Assembly (NCBI GenBank): GCA_000708835.1
Contig: DF236962.1
Span: forward strand, 372,001-436,000
Direction of reading: 5' to 3'
Source: Klebsormidium nitens
Taxonomy: Eukaryota > Plantae > Klebsormidiophyceae
DNA: 64,000 nt
The translations under genes were made by a program, and so were the position numbers. Of the stretch, positions 24,701-36,403 are shown one piece after another (position 1 is the first letter of the stretch; each line of letters starts with the position of its first letter). Below the pieces are notes generated by a model. It did not search any database, was not told the origin of the DNA, and worked only from the letters and a program-made list of their open reading frames with translations.

Positions 24701-27700
24701 ACGTCATCACTTTCCTCCCTCATTCAGGATGCGAATCATCGGCAGCCGTACGGAGAGGAGCCGCAGTTTGCAGCAGCGGCAACCCCCCGTCAGACGACGT
24801 CCCCTTACCTGTCTGGTCCCAAGTATCTGCGACGGCCTTTCTCCGCGTCCGTTGCGGATAAACGGTACGATCACGCTTCCCTCATCTTAATTTTACGCCC
24901 GATGCATTTCAAGTTGTTTCTTGTCGGAGGCTGGCACTTCTGTTGCGCATCAACCTCACCTTCTCGAAGCGGAACCCTTGGAAAGTCGTGGCTTCGCGGC
25001 TCTAGATTCTCCGCGTTGACTCCAAGTATTTCGTGTTCGGCTAAGGGGAGCTTACATGGGAAGGAGCTGAAAGGATGCTCGAAGAGCTTTGCAAAGTCTA
25101 GAACGCATTGGATCATTGGACAGCACCGTTGGAAGAGTCGGTTGGATTGCGGGAGCTGGCGTTGCAAAAGATGTTTCTTATTTGACCGAGCAAAAACGTC
25201 AGGGCTCGCCCTTATAGTTATGAACCGGAATCAGATTGCTCATCTGGAAGCACTTTGAGTTAGTCAGCATAACTTTTTACGAATCAGCAGACGAGAGGTC
25301 AGAAGGGCAAAGCCCCTACAGGAAGTTTCGTCAAGACTGACTTTCTTCACGATTCAATTGCAGACGGAAAATGCAGAATAAAGGGTCCCCCTCGGCAGCC
25401 GTCCGGGAGAGCCCACTGCGGCGGCGGAAAGAGTCCGCCGGAATGCGGATAGACAACCCAACCGAACGGAGCGGAGCGGAACGGAACCCCGAGGTCCAGA
25501 ACCCTACTGACCGTGCGGCTCAGCCGCCTGGAGGCGCGGAGCCAAACCGTCTGTCCGGCAATCCGGCATGCGACTCGGACGCTCGAGCGGACTGCAACCC
25601 ACCAGCGGAATCCGCTGCTCCGGACTCCGGTCCTGCGAGCGGATCCCCTCATCGAGCCGCGCGCCACATCCCGTTCATGGCTTCTATCGAAGAGCGGCTG
25701 CAGAGTATGAGCATTGCTGCCTCAAGCCCGGGCGCTCAAACCTCCAAACCTGTTTCTCCGGACACGCAAAGCGCCAGACCTTTGGTTCCGGACGTCCAAA
25801 CCCCCTCCAGACCGGTTGAGTCTCAGTCCCCGGCCGAGTTGACCAATAGTCAGGCGCCACGTGTCGATGGGCCAGCTCATGGAAACGCAAACGAGGGCGT
25901 CGAGATGGACGGTCAAAACCTGGACGTACGGATTCCGCCCACCGCAGATATCGTTCCGCCCACCGCAAATTCCGTCCGTTCCGACAATTCAAGCCCAGAC
26001 TCGAATCCACGCCTGGAAACGGAGGCAGAGACCTGCGCTCTCCCGGCCTCCTTTCCGGCGCGGCCTTTCACTGCGGGCGTCGCGCGCCGCGGCTCGAGCG
26101 ACCTAAACCCTCCAAACCACTCGCGGCCCGCGACGGCGCCCGTCAAGCCCTGCGTTCCGTCCCTGTCCGAGTCGTTCAGCAGAATGGGTCTCGGGAACGC
26201 GGCCCCGGAAAGCGGCGCCGTCAGCGGCCGGTCGGACCTGTACCGGAATCCGCTGTCGAGCCGGAGTTCTGCCGGAAAGGCGCCCTCGGCGTACACGCGG
26301 CGGGTCATGGCGCCCCCGCAGTTCGTGCAGCTGACGCCGTGGGACGCCAATATCGTCGAGGACGTGCTCGAAAAGGTACGTACCGGGCTGAGTTTCGTTA
26401 TCCTCTCAGCTTGCCTTCTCTTATACTCTCAGCTTGACTTGTGTAATCCTCTCAGCTTGATTCTGTCATCCTCTCAGCTTGATGTATTACAAGAAATCAG
26501 GCTCCCCTTTATCTGTGAAATCTTTCGGAAGGGTCAGATCCTGGAAGGGACTCGACCCTCATTTTCAACCAGAGTATTGCTCTTGTCTTGTCTTCGCGTC
26601 CTCAGTCTCTGTCCGTCTACATGCCATCTATACCCGGTCAAAAACTCAGCGCTCCCACAATCTCATGAAAGACTGGAGTCATACAGCCCGGTACGAGAAC
26701 AACTTGCTGGCCTATTCGCCCGGTAACCTTTGCATGCAGGACGACCACGAGAAAGGTCGGTCGGCGTAGTCTGAGCAGGCCTTGCTCTGAGGCACTCCCC
26801 TTAGAACACTACGAAGCCTGGTCAAGCGGCAGGCGCTTTGATCCTGATCTGGATCCCGCTGTCTTTTGAAGCATCGTAGTTATGCCTGCGCTTAAGAGCA
26901 GCAGCCATCACCAAGTTTGGCAAAGAAGCGGCTCGTCTCTGGAAGAAAACCCTCACTATCTGACAGCGCAGGCCTCGTTAAATGACAGGTTCGACATTAC
27001 GGACAACTTCCTCACAGCTGACGGGAACCCATACGCAAGGGACAGTCCATACCAACTTCCAGTAAACTGTAGATCAGCCTCAAGTACCTTGAATTGACTC
27101 TGCCCCCTCTACATGATTCTAACTTCTTCTGGGCGAGCAGGGACCGGGGCAAGTGGGGCACGTACCCGAGGAGCGGGGCATCGTCGAGGGGGTAGCCGGG
27201 GCGGGTATGCCGGCACAGTTCCGTTTTGGGGACGGTCGGTTGTGGATGTTGGGCAGCATGTTGTGGGCGACGCCTTGCGGCACGGAACCTGGGCCCAACC
27301 GGTGGAAGAACCACTAAAAGTTGGCTTCCCCTCCCCGCAGGTGACGGAGGCCAACAAGCTGTCCCGCGCCATAGGCCTATCGGTGCGCTACAACATGTTC
27401 CAGAACGGCAAGAAGGACGTGTGGGTCGAAGTGTACGAAGCGCGTACGCTCGTGAAGCACAAAGGATCGGACACGTCATCGCTCGAGCGGCGAGAGTGGC
27501 GCGAGACGATTGAGGACCCCGCGGAGGCGGCCGCGCAGTCGGCCACGCGAAACCCCGACGCCGGGGACCCCGGTGAGCGCCCGCGCGCGCGCGCCTCTCC
27601 GCCCCTCCGTAACCGTATTTTCATGTCATGATTGAAGTTTCTAAACCCTGAAGTTTCTAAACTCCCAGTTGTGTTTCCTTGCTTCGCCGCGCGCCTCTTT

Positions 27701-28424
27701 TGAAGCTTTGTCTTTCCCAGCTTTCCAACAGATCCTCTTCTCTTCCTGAGTTTCCTTCAAAGGATGCAATAACACCTGTTCGCAGACACAAGCTGGCCCA
27801 TGCGCTTTTCATGCACAAAGATCTTCTCTTATCTGACACCTACCACCGAATGAAGCATGAGACCTCCAGTCAAGAAAGGGTAAAGTGATTGAACCCGCTG
27901 ACTAGTCACTTAACCACCGTATTCTTACGACAGCGGACGAGTTCCGCGGCTCGAAACTGCGCGACGTTTCTGTGGACGTATTCCTCCGGACGCACCGGCG
28001 GCTGCAGAAGGCTGCGACGGACGCCCGGTTCCGGGGGTTCCTCTCCCTGGCGGAACCGGAACCGGAAGGCAAGCCGTGGGAGCGGCACGAGAAGGACGGG
28101 GAAGGGAAGAAAGAGCTCTGGGAAGAGCTTGGGGTCAACGAAGGCTTTGCGAAAATCTTGACAAAAGCGCGCGAGCAAGTGATCCAGAATAAGCACAGCA
28201 TAGCGAGTTCTGGACGGGACACCGCGGTTCGCGGGCGGCTGATTGGGTCTACGGCGGGGCTTATAGAGATCACAAATCCATTACTGAAGGGCCCGCGCGC
28301 GCTTTACGATCAGTCTAAGACGAGCACGAATGTTGCAAAAGCCATGGGCACGTTCTCAGCGTTTGGGCTCGCAATGGCACAGCGCGACGACATGGGGCGA
28401 ACAACAGCGGCAACGAACAAGTAA
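21719..28424 (+). CDS. Hypothetical protein (~830 aa, Pro/Ser/Ala-rich middle); proposed exons 21719-21781, 22653-22748, 22959-22996, 23212-23307, 23401-23448, 23877-24146, 24728-24864, 25364-26375, 27341-27572, 27934-28424
   Basis: Chain of frame-compatible GT-AG exons linking ORFs 22611, 23526, 24641, 25371, 27113 and 27972. The last five exons are well supported; the small 5' exons are tentative. Confidence 0.6.
26400..26482 (+). repeat. Four copies of ATCCTCTCAGCTTG (~23-bp period) just inside an intron
   Basis: Read directly at ~26400, 26423, 26446 and 26468, starting ~25 nt after the donor at 26376. Confidence 0.85.
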
Positions 28425-29730
28425 CTTATGTCCAAGCTGGCTGTGACATATTGTCTTTAAGACTCGGCTTGACTGCGTTTGCTCTGCACTCTCAAGAGTA
28501 CAATTCCGTAAGCCATCCTTAGTAGCCACTATAACGGCTCTCTCCCACGGTCACAGAGTTCTCGCTGCAGTCCGGATAACTTCATACTCGGTCGATGGTG
28601 CATTGATCCTTAGCCGTGGCTAGAGTTCGCTTGCGAATTTGTGCACCGGCCGGGCGGCCAGCAAGCCCTATGTTTGTTAAATGCTGACATAAACGGACGG
28701 AGGTTCGACACTTCTATAGTCCATTAATCAGCTTTGCGCGTCCTCATGCAGGTCAGATCCAGCATGAATACGTGCAGGTCGACTGTGTTCGCCCTCTTTT
28801 CCTTCTCGCAAGTGAGCGCTGAAATGTTTTGCGGGTTCACCTTGTGTCGCACTCGACCATGTACGTAAGAGCCAAAGTCTGGATTGTATAGGTTAGAGAT
28901 CGTCAAGCTCTCGTGCGATGTTTAACCATATCGTCCCGGCCGTACTTTCTCTATCAAAGACGTACATGGACCATGTCGAACACTAAAGGATTTAGTAGAC
29001 TCTTTCAGCAGTCCGACAGAAAGCATGCTGCTTCGGAGCCGGCGGGCCGGAACCCTTCGCTACCGTCGATTGATAGAGGGAGCCCCCAACTTCAAACCCT
29101 CTGAATCGTCCGATTGCTATCGCATCAATGGCTCCCCGGCAACCGCAGATGCCGACCCTAAACTTCGTTGGCGACGTGTTCGGGCATTTCGCCTGAGTGC
29201 GTCGCCCATCAAAGCAACTTTCTCATTGACCACTGTAGAGCTTTTCGGTCCACAAACTTCTTTTTGTGTCCAAAACTTGATCCACTCCAAGTCGTGAGTT
29301 GGCATCAGTCAAAGATTTTCAGCCGCTTTTGACTCGTGATCAGCTGAAAAGGTCACATTGAATGAGGGCCGTGCATAATGCATGGTGGCGGAAAGTGGAT
29401 TTTCAGCTAGTTCGTAGTCAAGGTTGAGAATATCGTATAAGTTATGTAGCTATACAACTTTAATTCAGCAAAAGTCGCCCAGGCCCAGGGCCACAACTTA
29501 CTAATACAACCCAGGGCCAGGGCCATTGAGTAGCAAGGATCAGTCTTCCAGCTAATGTACTGCTTGCAGCCACAAAGTAGATACCCTTCTATGAGCAAAA
29601 ATTCACAAGATCCACAAGGTGGTGTGATTGCTTGAAAAGACCTCTTCCACGCCAATCATCACCCTTCTTCCCCTAAAACACGTTCCAAGCAGGCATCAGT
29701 CGATACCTGCTACCACCTCTTGCACAAGCT

Positions 29731-32700
29731 ATGGCTCCCAGAGCTGCTGAGCTGTTCTCACTCAAGGGCAAGACTGCCTTTGTGACGGGCGCCTCTCAGG
29801 GGCTTGGCCGCAGGTTTGCAATCTGGCTGGCAGCCGAGGGGGCCAACGTTGTGCTGGCGGCGCGCAATGTGGCCAACCTTGAACAAGTCGCTGCGGAGAT
29901 TGAGACCGAGGGGGGCTCCGCCAAAGTGGTGAGAAAGGGGTTCCCTTGCGATCCAGATGCTGTCCCTTCCAGCATTCTTCAAATGGATACAGATCTGAGG
30001 AAACGTGTCACAGTGGTGCAAATCCACTTTTTTGAAGTCCTACACATTGATACCATTGGTTTGTTTGGTCATGCTCATTGCATTGTTTGACTCATTCTGA
30101 TCCCATTGCTCGCGAATACGATTTTGCATGATCTATCATTTAGCCCATGCAATGGTGAATCAGTTCCTCTGCATTGTACGCTAGCTTTCCGCATGTTGGC
30201 GGACCCATTTGCCACCAGGCTTCTTTGAACTGAGCGAAGGAGAGCTCCCTTCATTCTGCTTGAACCAGGAGGTTTCAATACTTAGCTCATTGCCGCTCAA
30301 CTGTATGACAGCCCTTCAGCACAACTAAGAGATGCTTTCAAGGAACTTTGAGCTGGCAAGCCTATCATAGAGGGGCCAGATTTGTCAAGAAGGTGCTTCT
30401 TGCAGAGCATCAATGTATCCTCTTCACGATGCATGCGATATGAGTCTCAGAACCATTTGAACCCTGACAGAACCAGTGGAAGGAGAACGTGGGCTCCAGT
30501 TTCTATCCTCGACCCCCACACTGGTTGGTATCCCTATGCGCGAGCAGCTGGAGGCTAGGCCGCCGCGGCACTTGCCATGAGTCGTGACTCACACGTAGCC
30601 GATGGTAACGTCGTAACCTTGTTTACCTGCTCTCGACCGGCCGATTGAATCCAAACCGAGGGCTCAAATAGAAGGTACATGGACATAGTTCCGCGTCCCC
30701 GGGCATGCGACCAAGAGACCGGGTGAGGATGATTGTAACCAGTCATCTCATACCAAGCAGTGTGGGGGTCCAGAACGAAAACTGGAGTCCACGTTCTCCT
30801 TCCATGGGTTCTGACAGCAAAAGGGAGAGGCCTGGTCTATTGTAGCTCATCAGCGCGTAAATCACGGGTACTTATCAGGGCTCTCATTGCTTCAATGACT
30901 GGGAATCTTACTCTGTTGAGCCTGCCATTTGACAGAACATTACTGCCGCTAAACGGAAAGACAATAATCAGGGATTCTGTCAACTGATATCAGTTTTCTG
31001 CAGGTTAGATTCATTATTTTAAATGAAAAAAGTTGAGAGCCCATCTGCAGTCTTTCCAACCACTGAGATTGCTGTATAGATCTTGCAATGAAGGGAAGGG
31101 ATCACAAACTTGATGCAAATTCTAGCAAGAGCTATCAAACTGTCTTTTTCTGTACTACTACGACCAGGAATGAGATGCTAGGGACCTGACCATTTCTGAA
31201 CGGTTGAAGCGCTTGCCACCAGTCTGGACAGATGTCCGGTTGCAACGCCTTCATCAAGCGTCGCGAAATCCAGTTTTGCCGCCCTCAGATATCTCTTAAA
31301 GTAATCTTGCTGTCAAAAGAGTACCTCGAGGGGTATTCCGATATCGCGATCAATCAAAAAGGTCTAGATTGGACGTTTGCTCCGCAGCAACATCTGCCAT
31401 TTATGATCGAAGAAACCCCACCTGCTCAGATGGGCATCCACTTTGAGACTCTCAATTCTCTTAGTTTTCCTGAATGCAACACCCGTCTCCTTGATCCGAT
31501 CATCGACGAGGAGCTCTCACTCGCTACTTGAAATTGCTTCAAAGTAGATGTTGTACAAGACTTCCATCGGGTCTCTTGTTTTCATTTGCCCGCTGATCCT
31601 TCCAAGCTGACGGTCAGACGTTCAGGTGCGTCACGCGCAGAGATTGTGTCTATTCATCAGTTAATCGCCTCACATTCTAACTCCCTTATCAAAACATCTT
31701 ACGTACGGTAGTTCTTCTCTTGCCGCTGGACCTCTATAACCCTCTAGCTAATGGAGGGTAAAGCTCCTCCTTGCTTACAACAATCTCACCATCTTATACT
31801 CGAATCAAGCTCGTCAGCTTACAACATGCTTGAAGAATGGAAGAAGAGAAGAGAAAACGAAAGAAATGGCTTGAGAAATAGATTTAACGCAGACCTGAAG
31901 AAGACGAATTGTTTGAAAAGTGGGCTTGCCTTTTGTGCGCAGGTTCTCCTCAATCTCGTCGAAGACGAGCAGAGTCTTTCGCCGTTCAAACATTCCCTTC
32001 TGACCTTTGATACTATCCACAGATGAGCACCCGACTCGGTTACCTTAACCCGCTTTTTGCTCCCCGCAGGTTCCACTCGACCAAAGACGACAGCACGCTC
32101 TCTGCGGTTGAGACAGCCTGGAACGCCTTTGAGGGCGGGGTCGATATCGTGGTTAACAACTCGGGCATCGGCAATCTCGGGCCGTGTCTCGACTTGACCA
32201 CTGAGGCGTTTGACGAGGTTATGAACATTAATCTGCGCGGCGCGTTTGTGGTTAGCCGCGAATTCGCGAAGCGGATGGTCGCGGCCGGCAAGCGCGGCTC
32301 GATCATTAACGTGTCGTCCGCAGCCGGGGACGGGGCGCTGATGTGGGGAGTGCCGTACTGCGCCTCGAAGGTACTTTCAGAACTTCACAACGTTTGTGTT
32401 TTGAGGTTCTGAGATATGGTTATTCCGAGGTGTTAAGATTTTGGTTGTTCCTCGAATATAGTGTTTGGGTCGATCACTAATGTGTTGTCGGCAGCCGGGG
32501 ACGGGTCGCTGATGTGGGGAGTGCCGTTTTGCGCCTCGAAGGTACCTTCAGGATTTTCAATCGAATGCTTGAGAGTCGGGGTCTTGGAAGATAGTCAGTA
32601 GGTGTCAAGACTCAAGTCTAAGCATCTGAACGGTCACTGGATAGGTTGTTCCTGAGTGGCCGAGCAGCGGGATGGGCCGCTGATGTGGGGAGTGCCGTAC

Positions 32701-35248
32701 TAGCTGCGCCCTGGTTGCGCCTCCAAGGTACTCCCATATTCTCAAATGGTTGAATTCCGGGGTTCTGAGGTATTCCAAAGTCTCTGACGTCGAACCTCCG
32801 GGACTCGAGGAGGAGATATGGTTGTTGAATCCCTTGAACTCCTTGACCTCCTTGAACTCCTTGACCAAGAATTTTTGGCGTCAATCGCCAGAGTCTGGTC
32901 CAGACCGGAAAGCAGCCCTGATGTGGAGTGTCCTGCTCTTCCTCGTTTAATCTTCATTCAAAGCTTCCCCAAGTTCCAGGGCGTCCAATGCAATTGATGG
33001 GCTCGGTGCATAGATGATCGGCATTAAGGAGGATACATAAAACATAAAGGTCAGCGCTTGCTCGTGGACCGATTGTTACGTGCAGGAACAAGAGCGCTAA
33101 TGTTGTAAGTCCCCTACGGTGCTTCTTGCTTCAATGACTCACGGCCAAATGCAAGGTTCTGCTTCTTCCATGTAAAACATCGGTTCTGCGGTTCAGGCAG
33201 AAAACTTGCTTTCAACCACTAAAATCAACTCAACGTTCTGACACTCAAAGCTTTAGACGTTGACTTTCTACCTCGAACGATGAAGTCACGTTGTCTCCCA
33301 GCTGAAGACAAGCTCGACGAACGATCAGGGAAGCTTGAACCGTTCTTGAGCCCCAGCAGCCGTCTATTCCAAGTTGGCTGCAGCGCTGATGTTCTTGAAG
33401 CGTACCTCAGCTTCTTCGTTACTCCGTTCCTGGGCTGCCAAGACTTCGATGATATCAATTGGCCCTAGCATAGAAGTTCTCTTACTACGTCTGACGGACT
33501 CAAGTCGCTCAATCTGGGCCGTCCGTACGCAATCGTGCGGTGGGGCTTCCTCTCTAAGGGTTGACAGTACCGGCGGAGGTCGCCTACTTTCTCTGTAATG
33601 ACCAGAGAAAGAAACTTGGCGTCGGAGAGCCTTCTCCTTTTAGGGGGAAGTGCGACGTTCTTCCCGACTTGATGACGGGGCTAAGCCACCAGGCAAACGG
33701 CTCCCCCCGCTTGTTCTACAACGACCCGCCTCTTGGTCATCAACTTCAATCCGTTTCTCTTTACCTTCAATGTCTTCTTAATTTTCTGCAACTTTTCTGT
33801 GGTACATTATCTTGAAAAAGTCATTCACTGTTTGGCAGGCTGCCATGAACCACATGACCCGGACGATGGCCCGGGAGCTCGGCCCGAAGGGCATCCGCGT
33901 GAATGCGCTGGCGCCCGGTTACATCATCACGGACATCAACGCCACGCTGCTCAACTCTCCGATGGGCGAACACATGGCGTCGACTATCCCCCTACGGAAG
34001 TAGGGAGCTTCAGGCCTTTTCTTTTCTTCCGTGGATGAAAACAGCGCTTTTTGAGCACCTGCCGGTTGTAGATAAAGGGGAAGCTTGAAGTTACGTCAAG
34101 TTAGTTCTTGGAAGAAGCGGTGCAGGCTTGACTAGCTTTATCGTCTAACTTCTGGGCAACCGAGAGTTTTTGGGATCCGGCAGCTTGCTTGAAAAGCGCT
34201 GTGCTACGAGTTAGAGCTTGTCGTGATAGGCTATTTATCTCTGAGAAGGAGGTTTGAAAAGCGTGCGCTCATTGCTTGAAAGTCGACATCGTTCCTTGTC
34301 TTTTTTGGGAGCTACTGTCCACGCAACAAGCGTTTATTCCGAAACCCCTTCTGCTCTGGAACAAGACCTTCGAGACAGCGCTGCAAGAGCTCCAAAGCGC
34401 GCCAGCGAACCTGATCTGGAAACCGGATCGTGATGGATGGAATTCCTTTCCTTCATTTCAGTCCTTATACAGCAACTTGGCACACGCGCGAGACACCGAA
34501 AGCAGTTTCCACACATCAGGACTTTGCATAGCATGATCCGCTTTCGTATGAGACCTCAACAACCAAGGAGAAAAATAATACTGGGAAAAGCATTTTCCTT
34601 GTCAGCGCAAGTGATTTCGACTAGTTTTGAGATGAGTAATACTCTCTTGAATGCTGTCGACAAAGCCCCAAATCGATTTGGCGTTGGCTGATGTATGCGC
34701 TTCAGAGGTAACGGCTGACGTATGTGCATCACAAGAATCGGTTGACGTGTGCGCTTCACGAGTTTCTTCGGATTTGGCGACCTTATAGAAGGACCTGCAG
34801 GACGCGCTCCTCTTCTAACTTCTGCTGGAAAAAGCCCCAGGTGAAGATGGCTGACGTAAGCGCTCCTCCGCTGAGTTCTGCTCCAAAAAGCCCCGGGTAA
34901 AGATGGCTGTCGTAAGCGCTTACCTCATCTTTCAGGTTTGGCGACATCGAGAAGGACGTGCACGGCGCGCTCCTCTGCCGATGTCTGCCGCAAAAGCCCC
35001 TGTGAAATTGATCAACGTAAGCGCCCCTCTGCCGAGATCTGCCGGAAAACTCCTAAATAAAGATGGCCGACGTAAGCGCTTACCTCATCTTTAGGTTTGG
35101 CGACATCGAGAAGGACCTGCACGGCGCGCTCCTGCTGCTCGCGAGCGACGCGGGCGCGTACATGACGGGCTCCGTCGTGGTCGTGGATGGGGGCGTCGTC
35201 AGCGGAACGGTGACGTCAATCGACCCCGACTGGAAGGACCCCATTTGA
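29731..35248 (+). CDS. Classical short-chain dehydrogenase/reductase (FabG-like SDR); exons 29731-29928, 32070-32370, 33839-33999, 35095-35248; apparent frameshift at the start of exon 2
   Basis: TGASQGLG (TGxxxGxG), VVNNSG, IINVSS, catalytic YCASK, GIRVNALAPG, YMTGSVVVVDGG. Canonical splice sites. Confidence 0.88.
32296..32935 (+). repeat. Intronic echo copies of the SDR exon-2 3' end plus donor (32467-32550, ~32663-32732, ~32911-32935)
   Basis: Copy 1 matches 32296-32379 with about nine substitutions and no indels, and retains AAG|GTAC. Later copies are more degraded. Confidence 0.85.
32832..32866 (+). repeat. 9-bp tandem repeat CCTTGA(A/C)CT x4
   Basis: Read directly. Confidence 0.85.
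34660..35140 (+). repeat. Intronic echo copies of the SDR intron-3 3' end plus last-exon start
   Basis: AAGATGGCYGWCGTAAGCGCTTACCTCATCTTT(C)AG|GTTTGGCGACATCGAGAAGGAC occurs at ~34900-34975 and 35060-35130. Partial copies at ~34768-34870, ~34673-34720 and ~34990-35040. Confidence 0.85.
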
Positions 35249-36403
35249 ACAGGCAGCCAAATCGTGGCTTCCACTGGATTGAGCACGTTGCTGCAGGTTC
35301 AATTGTCCTCATTAGTGACGACAGAAAGTTGTCGTAACTTATCGGGGAAGGATAGTCGATCATTGAGCCCATTTAGTGGTCATTGTATCATCGTCGTGCA
35401 TTACGTCCATTCCTTGACAAAAGCCGGCACTCGCTGCTTACGCCAAGAGTAGCACGCTCATGCAGCTGATACAGCTAGCGGTAGATGCAAGCGAGGCTCG
35501 CGCGGGCAATAAAGGTCAAACATAGGCACACTTACCCGTTGAAAGCTGTACGAAAAGGGGAATTGAGAGTACCGTCCCGCGACAGTTCCCGATTGTTTGT
35601 TTCAGCCTCACACATGCGAAGTAGCCAACGTAGAGCACCACCGTATCTGGGTTTTCTTTGTTTTTGGCTTTCAGATGCGGAAAAGTTGCGATGTATAGGC
35701 CCGCGGGGACCGCAATCATGCGTGAGCTGTCACGGTTCAACCAGCTTAAGATAGAGCACTTACCTATAGCGGCCATGCAATATTGTTATTGTTAATGATC
35801 AGCAGCTGCATACTAGCTGTTATGGATTTGAAGCATATAGGCATATTGAGTTGCGCCCTTTCAATGTTAGTACATGGTCGAATGGACAATGATATGCCAT
35901 CCCCTATACATTCAATGAATTTTAGTGAGCCCGCATATATGCGTCGCTTAACACAATCGGGTGCTAGCATCATACATATCAAGGCAAGCTTATGGAACAC
36001 CGGCGCGCGGCCCTGGTCGATCTTAAACTTAGATTGATATCAATAGAATTTGCCACGGACTCCGGGAATCATTATGCCACTGTAGAGTGGTGCATGGCCG
36101 CCTCAGCTAGCATACGTCATGAACGGAGCAACCGACTAATTACGCACCATTTATCACGAAGGGCACGAATCACCGAACGTGTCGGTTTCACGGGCGGCCA
36201 GCCAACGCCGTGACGTTAAATCAGCGCCGCGGCCATGGAGATTTGAGGTAAAACAATTAAGGCACGTGCAGATGAAAACGATATTGCATGGTGAACGAAG
36301 TCGCAGCGCCGGCAATATGTAGATGAGTAATTTCAGAGCTGAATCGGAAGTCCAGTCGTTGAAGAAGCTTCAACGTATCGACATTCTACGAAAAAGCGGC
36401 TTC

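Noticed and set aside
36217-36232. Shared 14-mer TTAAATCAGCGCCG with 59115-59128
   Set aside because: Similarity does not extend on either side; compatible with chance or a tiny motif.
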